From IMG/VR virus record IMGVR_UViG_3300026088_000015, positions 8,472 to 72,471 of that record: a stretch of DNA of 64,000 bases; one strand, given 5' to 3'. This stretch comes from a virus (lineage: Duplodnaviria > Caudoviricetes). This document shows positions 9,770 to 18,654 of this stretch, one piece after another. The position numbers and the translations under genes were made by a program. Under the pieces are notes generated by a model. The model made no database searches. It saw nothing but the letters and a program-made list of their open reading frames with translations, and had not been told where the DNA came from. The number at the start of each line of letters is the position of its first letter. Position 1 is the stretch's first letter.

Positions 9770-10183
9770 ATGCTTTCAGATAGAGAGGTTTTAGAAAAAA
9801 TCAAACAGGGGAATGACTATAATAAAATGTATTTCCGTGAAGAAATAGGGGATTGGCTCCCGTTTTTGGAGCAATTAAGCGAAAAAGGATACGTTACGTA
9901 TTTTACTCAAAATGCTCAGATAACAATTACCCAATCAGGGAGAGATTATTTGACTACAATTACCAGCGGGAGCATATCAAATAACCACATAATAAATACC
10001 CAAGTGCCCATTGCTAACCAATTGGCGATAAAACCAACTAACAACATTCGTAAAAACGTTTCAGATTTCTTTTCTTCCAATGGTAGAGACATAGTTAAGG
10101 ATATTATAGTTGCTTTGAGTGTGCTGGCTATTTCATCTTTTGTTGTGTGGATAGCAATGCTTATTTGGGATACAATTAAGTAG
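9770..10183 (+). CDS. Hypothetical protein, wHTH-like N-terminus and C-terminal TM helix
   Basis: FLEQLSEKGYV...ITITQSGRDYL wing-like motif; hydrophobic C-terminus; convergent with the transposase. Confidence 0.55.
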   Translation: MLSDREVLEKIKQGNDYNKMYFREEIGDWLPFLEQLSEKGYVTYFTQNAQITITQSGRDYLTTITSGSISNNHIINTQVPIANQLAIKPTNNIRKNVSDFFSSNGRDIVKDIIVALSVLAISSFVVWIAMLIWDTIK

Positions 10184-10201
10184 CTCTTTGGAAATTGCCT
10201 C

Positions 10202-11125
10202 TCATGCCCTTTTTATCAATTCCCTGTAAGGTAAGCGTACATTACTTAATGTAACTGCATATTCCAACCGCTCAACCTCTGCCATCTTGCGAGTGTTGTA
10301 ACGGAACGCAAACTCATTTGTATAGCGGTGCAAATGTTGTTTGCTGGCATGGTGATAAATACCATAGATACCACGTTTCATAAATCCCCAAAATCCCTCA
10401 AGGCTATTAGTATGGAAATTACCATTTACAAATTGGCCTTTCTCATGATTAATAATAACGTGGTTAAATTCCTTTCCTAAATTAGAATACCCACCAAAGC
10501 CGTCGGTTATAAGCGTTGAATCTTTGGAGAGCATTTCTCTTATGATAGGTTTCAATGTAGAACCATTCGCCTCTGTTAAGACCTTTGTAACAACCTTACC
10601 GTTTCTTTGCAACATCCCGAAAACGGGAACCTTGTTAACGTAGCCAGTACCTTTATTGATTCTCTTTTGCTCTGCCTGACTCTTATTTGCCTTGCGACCT
10701 CCTATATAGGTCTCGTCACATTCAACCTCGCCACTCAGATACTGTGGAGCATCTTGCTCTAACATTTTGCGAATCCTGGAAAGCATAAACCAAGCTGTCT
10801 TTTGTGTTACCCCAAGGTCTTTCCCTAATTGATGAGAACTAACTCCCTTTTTATGTGAAGTGGTTAGATATAATGCAGCTAACCACGTAGTGAATTTGAT
10901 GTTACTATTCTCAAATATCGTCCCGTACCTAACTGTGAATTTCTTGTAACACTTGTTATTTGCACACTTATATAATTCGCTATTCTTAAACTTGTATAAC
11001 TTCTGACTCGCACAGTGTGGACACACTAGCTTGCCCTTCCATATTAAACTCTCTACGTACTCCCTAGCCTTATCCTCGGTATCGAAATACCGGATAAGCT
11101 CTGATAAGTTTCTAAAAGGTTTCAT
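10202..11125 (-). mobile_element. IS1595-family (ISXO2-like) DDE transposase; element ends not resolved
   Basis: Zn ribbon CPHC...YKCANNKC, HTH GVSSHQLGKDLGVTQKTAWFM, catalytic VECDETY / LITDG / HTNSLEGFW. Confidence 0.92.
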
Positions 11126-11154
11126 AGTTGTTAGTTTGAAAGTTAATAGTTACT

Positions 11155-11481
11155 TTGAAGTGCATTAATCTATTTTCTATGACAAAACAAGCTACTGTAT
11201 TTTATACCGATAACACCTCTTTGGATTTTGATATTATCCCATTGCAGAAACTCGACATTGATGGCGAATTTATCTATATGATCGTAGAAATGGACGGATT
11301 AGAATACTATCCATTAGAAATAAACCACACAGACAATATAAAGGCATTAAGCGAATCTAAGTTTGAAGACGCAAGCCTGTTAAGTAAAGGAGCGACTCAT
11401 TGGATGTTGTTCTTAGTTAAAACCTCAATGAATGTTGAGCAGGTAACCACCCAACTTAAACTTAGATTCGGTATCCATTAA
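11155..11481 (+). CDS. Hypothetical protein (probable start ATG 11179)
   Basis: ORF track; divergent from the transposase. Confidence 0.5.
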   Translation: MKCINLFSMTKQATVFYTDNTSLDFDIIPLQKLDIDGEFIYMIVEMDGLEYYPLEINHTDNIKALSESKFEDASLLSKGATHWMLFLVKTSMNVEQVTTQLKLRFGIH

Positions 11482-11705
11482 GTATATTTCTGGTCAGTCG
11501 TTCTGTCAATCCCATCATGGGTACGCTCTTCTTTTGGTACCCAAGGATGAATACATGTAATAGGAAGGCCATTAATTACAAATTGGGCAAATATCCCGCA
11601 ACACTGAACCGTATTGGTGTAATCATAATCCCTGAGCTTAGCTGTTAACTCTAGTATTCTCAGCCTAGCCTCTATTTTCGCTATTTCTAATTTCTCACCT
11701 TTCAT
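11478..11705 (-). CDS. Hypothetical protein
   Basis: ORF track. Confidence 0.45.
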   Translation of the reverse strand: MKGEKLEIAKIEARLRILELTAKLRDYDYTNTVQCCGIFAQFVINGLPITCIHPWVPKEERTHDGIDRTTDQKYT

Positions 11706-11746
11706 TTGGTCAAGGTACTATATCATAACCAAAATAACAAGTATTG

Positions 11747-11777
11747 TTTGATTATTTAATTAATATTGTTACCTTTG
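11747..11777 (+). promoter_or_regulatory. Consensus Bacteroidota promoter
   Basis: TTTG(11747-50)-N19-TACCTTTG(11770-77). Confidence 0.75.
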
Positions 11778-11944
11778 TTTTCGGCGTTCGCCGGAATTTT
11801 AGTTAAGAATGAATGAAAAGCTTGACCCTTTTTATTTGCAGATCAAGACTAATGCTAGTCGGACGGGCTGGCATTATTTGTTTTCACCCTCCCCGAAGGC
11901 GGGGATTACGCAATATCTCCTAATTTATCCAAAATCTTGACATT

Positions 11945-12109
11945 TTATCTCTCCCTGATAAACTTCATGCCGTCGATCAATACTAATGTATATACAATGC
12001 CCTTTACTGGCTTACCGTTGTTTGCAGCCTGCCTAACGGCTTGGTCTGTTACTCCCAACTCCCTGGCTACTGTACTAATTCGTTTGAGTGTGCTAATGTC
12101 TACTACCAT
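11945..12109 (-). CDS. Small HTH protein, Cro/excisionase-like (54 aa, not in ORF track)
   Basis: Own translation MVVDISTLKRISTVARELGVTDQAVRQAANNGKPVKGIVYTLVLIDGMKFIRER; TAACTTTG -7 box upstream on minus strand (12136-12143). Confidence 0.7.
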   Translation of the reverse strand: MVVDISTLKRISTVARELGVTDQAVRQAANNGKPVKGIVYTLVLIDGMKFIRER

Positions 12110-12240
12110 AATCTCATAGGTTTTTGTTCCTGTTTCAAAGTTACAACAAAATAATTGATTTTTTATTGAAATTTTTCTCCCTTATTATCAGTGAGTTATA
12201 AAGTATTTTAAATATTTACCGTATAATATGAAACATATTG

Positions 12241-12271
12241 TTTGGAGATTCGATATATAGTTGTATATTTG
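12241..12271 (+). promoter_or_regulatory. Consensus Bacteroidota promoter of the early operon
   Basis: TTTG(12241-44)-N19-TATATTTG(12264-71). Confidence 0.8.
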
Positions 12272-12295
12272 AAACATCAAACAATTAAATATCTT

Positions 12296-12424
12296 ATGAA
12301 AAGCTGGACAATCTCAACTACAACAAACGGAGTACTAACAATAGCGGGATATAATTTCCCAGAGGCTATTAAATCTCTACCTAGTAACATAGGCAATATC
12401 ATATCAATACAATCAGTTAAGTAA
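12296..12424 (+). CDS. Small early protein (42 aa)
   Basis: ATG downstream of the promoter, within the tracked ORF. Confidence 0.5.
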   Translation: MKSWTISTTTNGVLTIAGYNFPEAIKSLPSNIGNIISIQSVK

Positions 12425-12452
12425 TTCACCCTTTATAAACTCACTAAGCACA

Positions 12453-12824
12453 ATGAAAACTACTGCAAAATTGACCGATAAAATGCTGAAAAGATTGATC
12501 GAAACTATGGATAGTCCATTAGCTACCGATGTGATTCAGGATATTATAGACACTTCTAAGGAAGATAGGATAAACTATATAGATGACGTTATTCATCATG
12601 GGTGTTCGTCTGGAATAGCGACTGGCCTGATATACTATTCAGATACTCAGAAATTTTTTGACAAGCATTCAGACGAAATATTTGAGCTATTGGAAGACTA
12701 TAAAGATTCCTATGGGGAGGAGTTTTCTAACTACAAATCTGGCAACCGCAAAAATGATCTTGCGTGGTTTGCATACGAAACCATAATGGATAAAATAGCC
12801 AATGAGCTTGAGCTTGAATTTTAA
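12453..12824 (+). CDS. Acidic Ocr-like early protein (candidate DNA mimic)
   Basis: D/E-rich, HGCSSG..GLIYYSDT.KFFDK..DEI...KNDLAWFAYE motif; early position. Confidence 0.55.
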   Translation: MKTTAKLTDKMLKRLIETMDSPLATDVIQDIIDTSKEDRINYIDDVIHHGCSSGIATGLIYYSDTQKFFDKHSDEIFELLEDYKDSYGEEFSNYKSGNRKNDLAWFAYETIMDKIANELELEF

Positions 12825-12875
12825 CTCACTCCCTACTAAACTGGTAGGGTAATAGACAACCTTAAAACTACTGAT

Positions 12876-13649
12876 ATGGAAAAGAAATATAAAATTGAAT
12901 TCGGAAAATCTAGGACTGGAACAGAAATGATTAGAATTACTAATCAAATGGCAGGAATTGGGGCGTGTGATTATTTCATAAAAATGACGCCTAAAAGAGA
13001 AATAGTGAACGTTTACAATGACTATCATGAATTTTCACCAATAAATTACGGCTATAATTTAGCTGGAACCGAGGCCGGGGTGCTAGTTGACAACATTTGT
13101 AAACACCTGCAATCGTATAATTGCCTATTCAACGTGGGACCATCAGACGAATTATACGCAATTCGTGACGCTAAAATGCTTGCAACTTACTTAGGAAGAT
13201 TTGAATATGATTTCACGCTCACTGAAGCGAAGGCAGAAATTAAGGAAAGCACGTATCTTAAGTACGTTTTAAGTGACCTTTTTGAAGAAAAAAGAAAAGC
13301 TGAAAGCCTCAAAAAATGTCTCGATTTAATGCAAAACTATGGCACATTGGACACAAAAAAGATTGAAAAAATCAAAAAAGAGCGTGAAAAAGCTGCTTTA
13401 AAAGCTGAAAAATTGAGACTGAAATTGCGTAAAGAAAAAATTGCAGAGAACGTAAGGTCTTTAAAATTGAAAATGAAAGAAGGCTATACCCATATTGCAG
13501 TTGTTCGGGCATATTCCAATAAAGGGCGTAAATTTCATGGCGAAACGCTTGAATTTAGAAAAGAAAAACCAACGACTCGCAATTATTTCACGCTTGAAAA
13601 AGAAAATATTCAAAGAAATGCAGAGGGGCTGTTAGCTTACAATATTTAG
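12876..13649 (+). CDS. Hypothetical early protein
   Basis: 257-aa ORF in operon. Confidence 0.65.
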   Translation: MEKKYKIEFGKSRTGTEMIRITNQMAGIGACDYFIKMTPKREIVNVYNDYHEFSPINYGYNLAGTEAGVLVDNICKHLQSYNCLFNVGPSDELYAIRDAKMLATYLGRFEYDFTLTEAKAEIKESTYLKYVLSDLFEEKRKAESLKKCLDLMQNYGTLDTKKIEKIKKEREKAALKAEKLRLKLRKEKIAENVRSLKLKMKEGYTHIAVVRAYSNKGRKFHGETLEFRKEKPTTRNYFTLEKENIQRNAEGLLAYNI

Positions 13650-13749
13650 GGGTAACGACCAACCCCACCCCCTGAAAAGTAGTACGGGGGACCTTCTTTA
13701 CACAGGACAATTAAGTAAAATCAATTTCACAATTTAAACTAAAAATATT

Positions 13750-14136
13750 ATGGCAACTAGATCAACAATCGCAGTAGAGCAGGAAGATGGAACAGTTAAG
13801 GCAGTATATTGTCATTTTGATGGATATTTGGAAGGCGTTGGAGCTAAATTGAAAGCATATTACAATACTCTTGAAAGAGCCAACGCACTTGTAGCACTGG
13901 GATCGATTAGCTGTTTACGTGAAAAATTAGAGGGTACTGAAAATCACACATTTGATACCCCTGAAGAAAATGTAACGATTGCTTACCACCGCGACAGAGG
14001 CGAGAAACTTACCCAGTACAATAGTAGAAGTATAAGTCACTGGACCAATAGCGGAAATTTTGAAGAGTATAATTACATCTTTCAAAATGGAGTTTGGAAT
14101 CTCTGCGAAAAAGAAATTACCATTAAACCCTTTTAA
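13750..14136 (+). CDS. Conserved phage early protein, YCHxDGY family
   Basis: MATRSTIA...AVYCHFDGYLEGVGAKL...AYHRDRGE...EEYNYIF. Confidence 0.7.
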   Translation: MATRSTIAVEQEDGTVKAVYCHFDGYLEGVGAKLKAYYNTLERANALVALGSISCLREKLEGTENHTFDTPEENVTIAYHRDRGEKLTQYNSRSISHWTNSGNFEEYNYIFQNGVWNLCEKEITIKPF

Positions 14137-14138
14137 CG

Positions 14139-14348
14139 ATGCTATTAATATTTGAAAGCAAGAAAGGGGCGGTATACGTTCACAACGGAAGCACCACCAT
14201 CCGAATACGGAGAGGATGGTTTAATGACGCTGAAAAGTCTACTGAAGTTATAGGCTTTGATAAAAAGGTAATGGAGTTTGTGTATAAATCTAATTTATCG
14301 ACCTTCAAATGTTCGGACTGTAAATACCATGTTTTACTTAAACAATAA
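14139..14348 (+). CDS. Hypothetical protein
   Basis: ORF in operon. Confidence 0.5.
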   Translation: MLLIFESKKGAVYVHNGSTTIRIRRGWFNDAEKSTEVIGFDKKVMEFVYKSNLSTFKCSDCKYHVLLKQ

Positions 14349-14354
14349 AATCTT

Positions 14355-15005
14355 ATGGGTTATTTGATATTCTTTCTACTGATCGTAATTCTGTCTATTT
14401 TTTCACTTTTAAAACCTGAATACTTCAAATGGTTTAGGTTTCCAAAGCTTCCATCCTTCCCAAAATGGGAGTGGAAAAGAGTCCCAAAAGCCAACCCTTT
14501 ACAATTGGAATTGGAATTTTGGAAACAAAGGGCAATCGCTGCAGAACTTGAGGCGAAGACCTGGCAAGAAAAAGCCCCTAAAATGGCCTTTGAAATGTTT
14601 GGCCAGTATAAAAACGAAGAACTGGTACGTATTAGGGAAGAACTTTATAAAAATGCAGACAAAAACGCTGAGGATAAATATAAGTTAGAACTTGAGCGCT
14701 GGAAGGAACAATGGGAACTTTATTTCAGGCAAGACGCAATACAACGAAGCCAAAGTGTAATTTTGGGTAAAGTTTCAGAGCATTTGATCCCGTTTTCAGG
14801 GGCTTTCCCTTTCAATCCGAAAGATGCAAGATTTATAGGCAGCCCGATAGATTTGATAGTATTTGATGGATGCGATGCTGAAGAGCCGATAACAATTTAT
14901 ATCATCGAAGTGAAAACCGGGAACTCAGGACTCAGCACCAGACAGCGGACAATCCGGGAGGCGGTCGAAACTGGAAAAATAAAATGGCGAGAGATTCGGA
15001 TATAA
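14355..15005 (+). CDS. PD-(D/E)xK Holliday-junction-resolvase-like nuclease (Endonuc_Holl type) with N-terminal TM
   Basis: GKVSEHLIPF..FPFNPKDARFIGSPIDLIVFDG...IEVKTGNSGLS.RQ. Confidence 0.85.
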   Translation: MGYLIFFLLIVILSIFSLLKPEYFKWFRFPKLPSFPKWEWKRVPKANPLQLELEFWKQRAIAAELEAKTWQEKAPKMAFEMFGQYKNEELVRIREELYKNADKNAEDKYKLELERWKEQWELYFRQDAIQRSQSVILGKVSEHLIPFSGAFPFNPKDARFIGSPIDLIVFDGCDAEEPITIYIIEVKTGNSGLSTRQRTIREAVETGKIKWREIRI

Positions 15006-15176
15006 TATCCACACAGGACGGCCAGGTAAATTTAAAATCAGGAAAACATGACAGAAACTTTAGATATTCAAAGAGAAAAATCCAGGACAAAAATTGTTCT
15101 GTGCCTCAATCACCCTTCTTTGAAGTATGAGGCTGTCACACTAACCATTTTCTTGCACAAAAACTAAAAAAGCATT

Positions 15177-15371
15177 ATGAGAAACGGAGAAGAAGTAAAG
15201 CGTATGCTGAAGAATTTTAGAACCCTTCTAATTCTTCATAAAATTGAACCTGAGAGCATCGTAGCAAAAACAATAGAGGAAGCTAGCGAGAGATCTGAGG
15301 AATTCTCTGAGGCTCTTAAAATAGAAATTGAGACTTACGGAAAGATTTTAAAAAAGGAGAAGGTATTATGA
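15177..15371 (+). CDS. Hypothetical protein
   Basis: ORF in operon. Confidence 0.5.
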   Translation: MRNGEEVKRMLKNFRTLLILHKIEPESIVAKTIEEASERSEEFSEALKIEIETYGKILKKEKVL

Positions 15372-15715
15372 AAAATTTAAAAGTTATAAAAGTAGATTAT
15401 GATTTTATTGAATTTGAAAACGGAGTTAAATTGCATTCTGATCATCGCCAAGATTGTTGCGAAAATCATTATTTATCTTTTAGTGATTTGACATTAGAAG
15501 ATTTTAAAGGACTTGAATTTGATTTAGGAAATGATGATTTCTTTAAAAGAATAGAAAATTATGGTATCGAATTGATTCCCATAGTAGGCTGGCCTATAAA
15601 AGTGCCAGGATATGGCAGTAACAATGGGTATTACTCTTCTAATATGTCATTAATCTTAACCGATGATAAGGGATTTACCAAGGGATACGATATAACTGAA
15701 TGTCAAAATTATTAA
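15368..15715 (+). CDS. Conserved phage hypothetical protein
   Basis: HRQDCCENHY and GSNNGYYS motifs. Confidence 0.6.
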   Translation: MKNLKVIKVDYDFIEFENGVKLHSDHRQDCCENHYLSFSDLTLEDFKGLEFDLGNDDFFKRIENYGIELIPIVGWPIKVPGYGSNNGYYSSNMSLILTDDKGFTKGYDITECQNY

Positions 15716-15722
15716 TATTACT

Positions 15723-16526
15723 ATGACACTACTCGAAGCAATAATTGATAATAAAAACGTCACACCCTCAACTATGAAGAACTTAAAATCTCTTCAGAAC
15801 TTTATGGCTGAGTTCCTGAACAAGGAAATGAAGAAAAAAGACGTTCTACTTAAATCTGTTGACCAAACTTTTTGGAAAAAATTCCAAGAATTTTCCCTAA
15901 AAAAAGGCAGCAGTCACAACTATATCATCACACAAGTTCGCTATCTAAATGCAATGGTGAAAAGAAATCAAGCTTTCTTTCAGATACCGACACCCATTAA
16001 AATTGTTTCTGGATCAAAGCCAAAGCACAAATTTCTGACTAAAGAACAAGTGGAGGCGATAAAGCAATCTGAGCCCTCATTATACAAAGACTGGTTTTTA
16101 TTCCAGTGCTACACCGGGATGGCTTTCGATGATCTTAAAAGGCTCAGCAAAAAATCTATTCTTGAAACTGAGGATGGGCCACTATTGGAGTACATTCGCG
16201 GGAAGACTGAGAAACGCTCAGGGGAGCCTTGTAGGCAACCTATCGACTTGAGGGCACTAGATATACTATTCAAGTACAAATACACATTCACAACGCCTTA
16301 TTCAACGTATAACGACGGCTTGAAAAGGTTAGGAGAAGAGCTTGGATTCCCTCTTTCTACTCACATGGCCCGTCATACATTTGGAACCAACGCAGTAAGT
16401 GACGGCTGGCCTCTGGAACAAGTAAAAGTAATGATGGCTCACAGTTCCATTCTCACTACTCAGAGATATGCTTTTGCCAACACAAAAAGCCTGTTTGAAA
16501 TGAAAAGAAAGATAGACTCAAAATAA
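15723..16526 (+). CDS. Short tyrosine recombinase lacking an arm-binding domain
   Basis: FQCYTGMAFDDL, YIRGKT, STHMARHTFGT, MMAHSSILTTQRYA; the canonical catalytic box-I Arg position reads A in YTGMAF. Confidence 0.85.
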   Translation: MTLLEAIIDNKNVTPSTMKNLKSLQNFMAEFLNKEMKKKDVLLKSVDQTFWKKFQEFSLKKGSSHNYIITQVRYLNAMVKRNQAFFQIPTPIKIVSGSKPKHKFLTKEQVEAIKQSEPSLYKDWFLFQCYTGMAFDDLKRLSKKSILETEDGPLLEYIRGKTEKRSGEPCRQPIDLRALDILFKYKYTFTTPYSTYNDGLKRLGEELGFPLSTHMARHTFGTNAVSDGWPLEQVKVMMAHSSILTTQRYAFANTKSLFEMKRKIDSK

Positions 16527-16543
16527 ATCATAAACTTCTTTTC

Positions 16544-16571
16544 TTTTATTGAAATATTATTGTTAGGTTTG
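16544..16571 (+). promoter_or_regulatory. Phage-repeated promoter element with -7 TAGGTTTG
   Basis: TTTTATTGAAATATTATTGTTAGGTTTG; 23-nt identity to the minus-strand site at 56578-56600. Confidence 0.65.
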
Positions 16572-16596
16572 TTTAAGATTTAAACCAATAAAAAAT

Positions 16597-17337
16597 ATGA
16601 TATCTAAAATATTGAGTTTCGCTAAAAAGAAGGTCGCTGTTCCTATTGATGTTAATGCAATAATAGAGCAAATTCACCAAGAATTCTTTACAGCATCTGA
16701 TCAGATTGTAAAGGAGGCCAATAGAATTATAAATAACCTTCCTGTTACAAACGCTGATAAGGCCAGCAGGCTTCGTAGCATAGGATTTGGTAATACCTCA
16801 GAGGCGGTTGTAGACCTTCAAAGAAGGCAAATGGAAGGTTCTGCGCAAAGAAAGCTAGAGAACGTAATGTATTTTTCTAATACTTATCCTCAATACAGAT
16901 ATATTGATAACGATGCAATTGATAGGATTTGTACAAAATACAATCTTGTTTTTGGAAAAAGCAACAGATATAAGGGATTTGTTCCAGAAAAAAATCTTAG
17001 AGAGATAGAGCGGTTCAAGATAAAAGAAGAGGATTGTTTCTATACAGAAGAAACTCCTTATAGGACGCATGAGATAGATTTTGAGGAGTATAAAAAGCCG
17101 GAAGCAAATATGTACGGCATTCATTTATATAGAAGAAAATCTATGGACAGCACACTTTACATCTGTGCTCCCCTAAAAGACATGGACACCGAAAATGCTA
17201 AGGTTGTAGGGAATAGAATAATAGAATTCCCTGATCCTATTGTCTTGAGAAGAGTAAGAAGTGGTGGGTATTTAATACTTACTGCGTGGGGAGCAGAGGC
17301 TAGTGACCCAGAAGTTATAAATAGTAAAATGAATTAA
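16597..17337 (+). CDS. Conserved phage hypothetical protein
   Basis: 246 aa, ends in DPIVL...GGYLILTAWG.EASDP. Confidence 0.7.
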   Translation: MISKILSFAKKKVAVPIDVNAIIEQIHQEFFTASDQIVKEANRIINNLPVTNADKASRLRSIGFGNTSEAVVDLQRRQMEGSAQRKLENVMYFSNTYPQYRYIDNDAIDRICTKYNLVFGKSNRYKGFVPEKNLREIERFKIKEEDCFYTEETPYRTHEIDFEEYKKPEANMYGIHLYRRKSMDSTLYICAPLKDMDTENAKVVGNRIIEFPDPIVLRRVRSGGYLILTAWGAEASDPEVINSKMN

Positions 17338-17579
17338 TAATCTTCATCTCTATCCGGTCCAAAGGCTTGGAACTTGTAACAAGGGGATCAGACCTCTATG
17401 CCTTGAAAGAGCAGGTAGCTAATGAGGGTTACAAGAGATTTGATGGCATTGTCAAAATCAGGCGAGTGTTTAAAGGGAAATAATTAACCTGATTCAAGTT
17501 GTCCCACCTGCCACCCATGAACATTAGGAGAGGCAATTGACAATGTAAAAACCATAGAGAAGCTTAACCTAAAATTCAA

Positions 17580-17876
17580 ATGCCAAAGAAAGTATTTACG
17601 CCACCTACATTCGAAGAACTTAAATCCTATTGCATTGAGAAAGGCTTTGAACATTTGGCTAAGCAAATATACGATTACTATGTAGAAGGTGACTGGCATG
17701 ATTCAAATGGAAAGAAAGTGATCAACTGGAAGCAGAAACTTTGTGGGGTGTGGTTTAAAGAGTCGAATAGAAACAGTACTCAACAGCAACTATCCAAGCC
17801 TACTAAACTAGATTTGCTTATGCAGTCTTCTAAAGGGGCTGATAAATATTTAGATCAAATGTTCCCTAATGAGTAA
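17580..17876 (+). CDS. Replication-initiator C-terminal-like protein
   Basis: FTPPTFEELKSYC...YDYY..GDW..SNGKKVINWK. Confidence 0.6.
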   Translation: MPKKVFTPPTFEELKSYCIEKGFEHLAKQIYDYYVEGDWHDSNGKKVINWKQKLCGVWFKESNRNSTQQQLSKPTKLDLLMQSSKGADKYLDQMFPNE

Positions 17877-18654
17877 CATACAATTAATATCGCAGGTACC
17901 AGGGCTTACCCCCGAAGAACAAGTCGCGCTGAAGGCGGCTGATGAGAAGCGTATTATTTCTATACAAGAATTTGAAATGAAAGGGTCAGTGAAAAAGATG
18001 ATTACTGATGCTCTTTTTAATAATGGTCAAAATGCTTTAGGAGATTCAGATTTAGCTTTGATGACTGGAAAGATTATCCACGAACTGAAGAGAAATTATT
18101 CAAAGTTGACAATTTCAGAAGTTTCTCAGGCCATGGAACTGGGTAGCAAAGGAAAGCTTGGAGACTTTACTCACCTTTCAGTGAGACAAATAATAAAATG
18201 GCTTGACGAATATATCATCAAAATACGCAGAGAGGCCAACCATAAACTCAAGGATTTCCAGGAGAAAAAGGAAGTTGAAGTGAATCTTGAAAAGGAAGCA
18301 AAGAGAATAAAAGAGTTTGAAGAGAGAATAGTGCAGACCTATGAGGATTTCTCAATAGGAGACGATATAGGACACGTAGGGCTGGCTTCAGTAATTTACC
18401 AAGCCTTAGAGAAAAGAGGCAAGGTAGACCTCGATCCAGAGTATTTAGAGGCTATCACAGACAGGGAAGCTTCCGATTATTATGAAAAGATAGAGAAGCA
18501 AGAGCTTTCCTTTTCTGAAAAGGCCCAATTGAGGCAAAAGGGGGCAGCATTGGCGCGGTATCATGAAATAGAAATAAAGACGCGAGTACAGGCAGAAGCA
18601 TTGCTTGCTTTGTTTACAAAATGGAAAAATCAAAACTATAAACTTGAATTATGA
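17869..18654 (+). CDS. Possible replication/helicase-loader protein
   Basis: Follows the initiator-like gene; LTISEVSQAMELG...LSVRQIIKWL. Confidence 0.45.
   Translation: MSNIQLISQVPGLTPEEQVALKAADEKRIISIQEFEMKGSVKKMITDALFNNGQNALGDSDLALMTGKIIHELKRNYSKLTISEVSQAMELGSKGKLGDFTHLSVRQIIKWLDEYIIKIRREANHKLKDFQEKKEVEVNLEKEAKRIKEFEERIVQTYEDFSIGDDIGHVGLASVIYQALEKRGKVDLDPEYLEAITDREASDYYEKIEKQELSFSEKAQLRQKGAALARYHEIEIKTRVQAEALLALFTKWKNQNYKLEL

Noticed and set aside
9553-9783. 76-aa GTG ORF
   Set aside because: Spans a divergent promoter region; no recognisable features
8078-11730. GGTTATGAT / ATCATAACC as IS1595 terminal inverted repeats
   Set aside because: Only a 9-bp match, the left copy lies within an ORF, and flanks (ACCCGTGA versus AAAATAAC) give no target duplication
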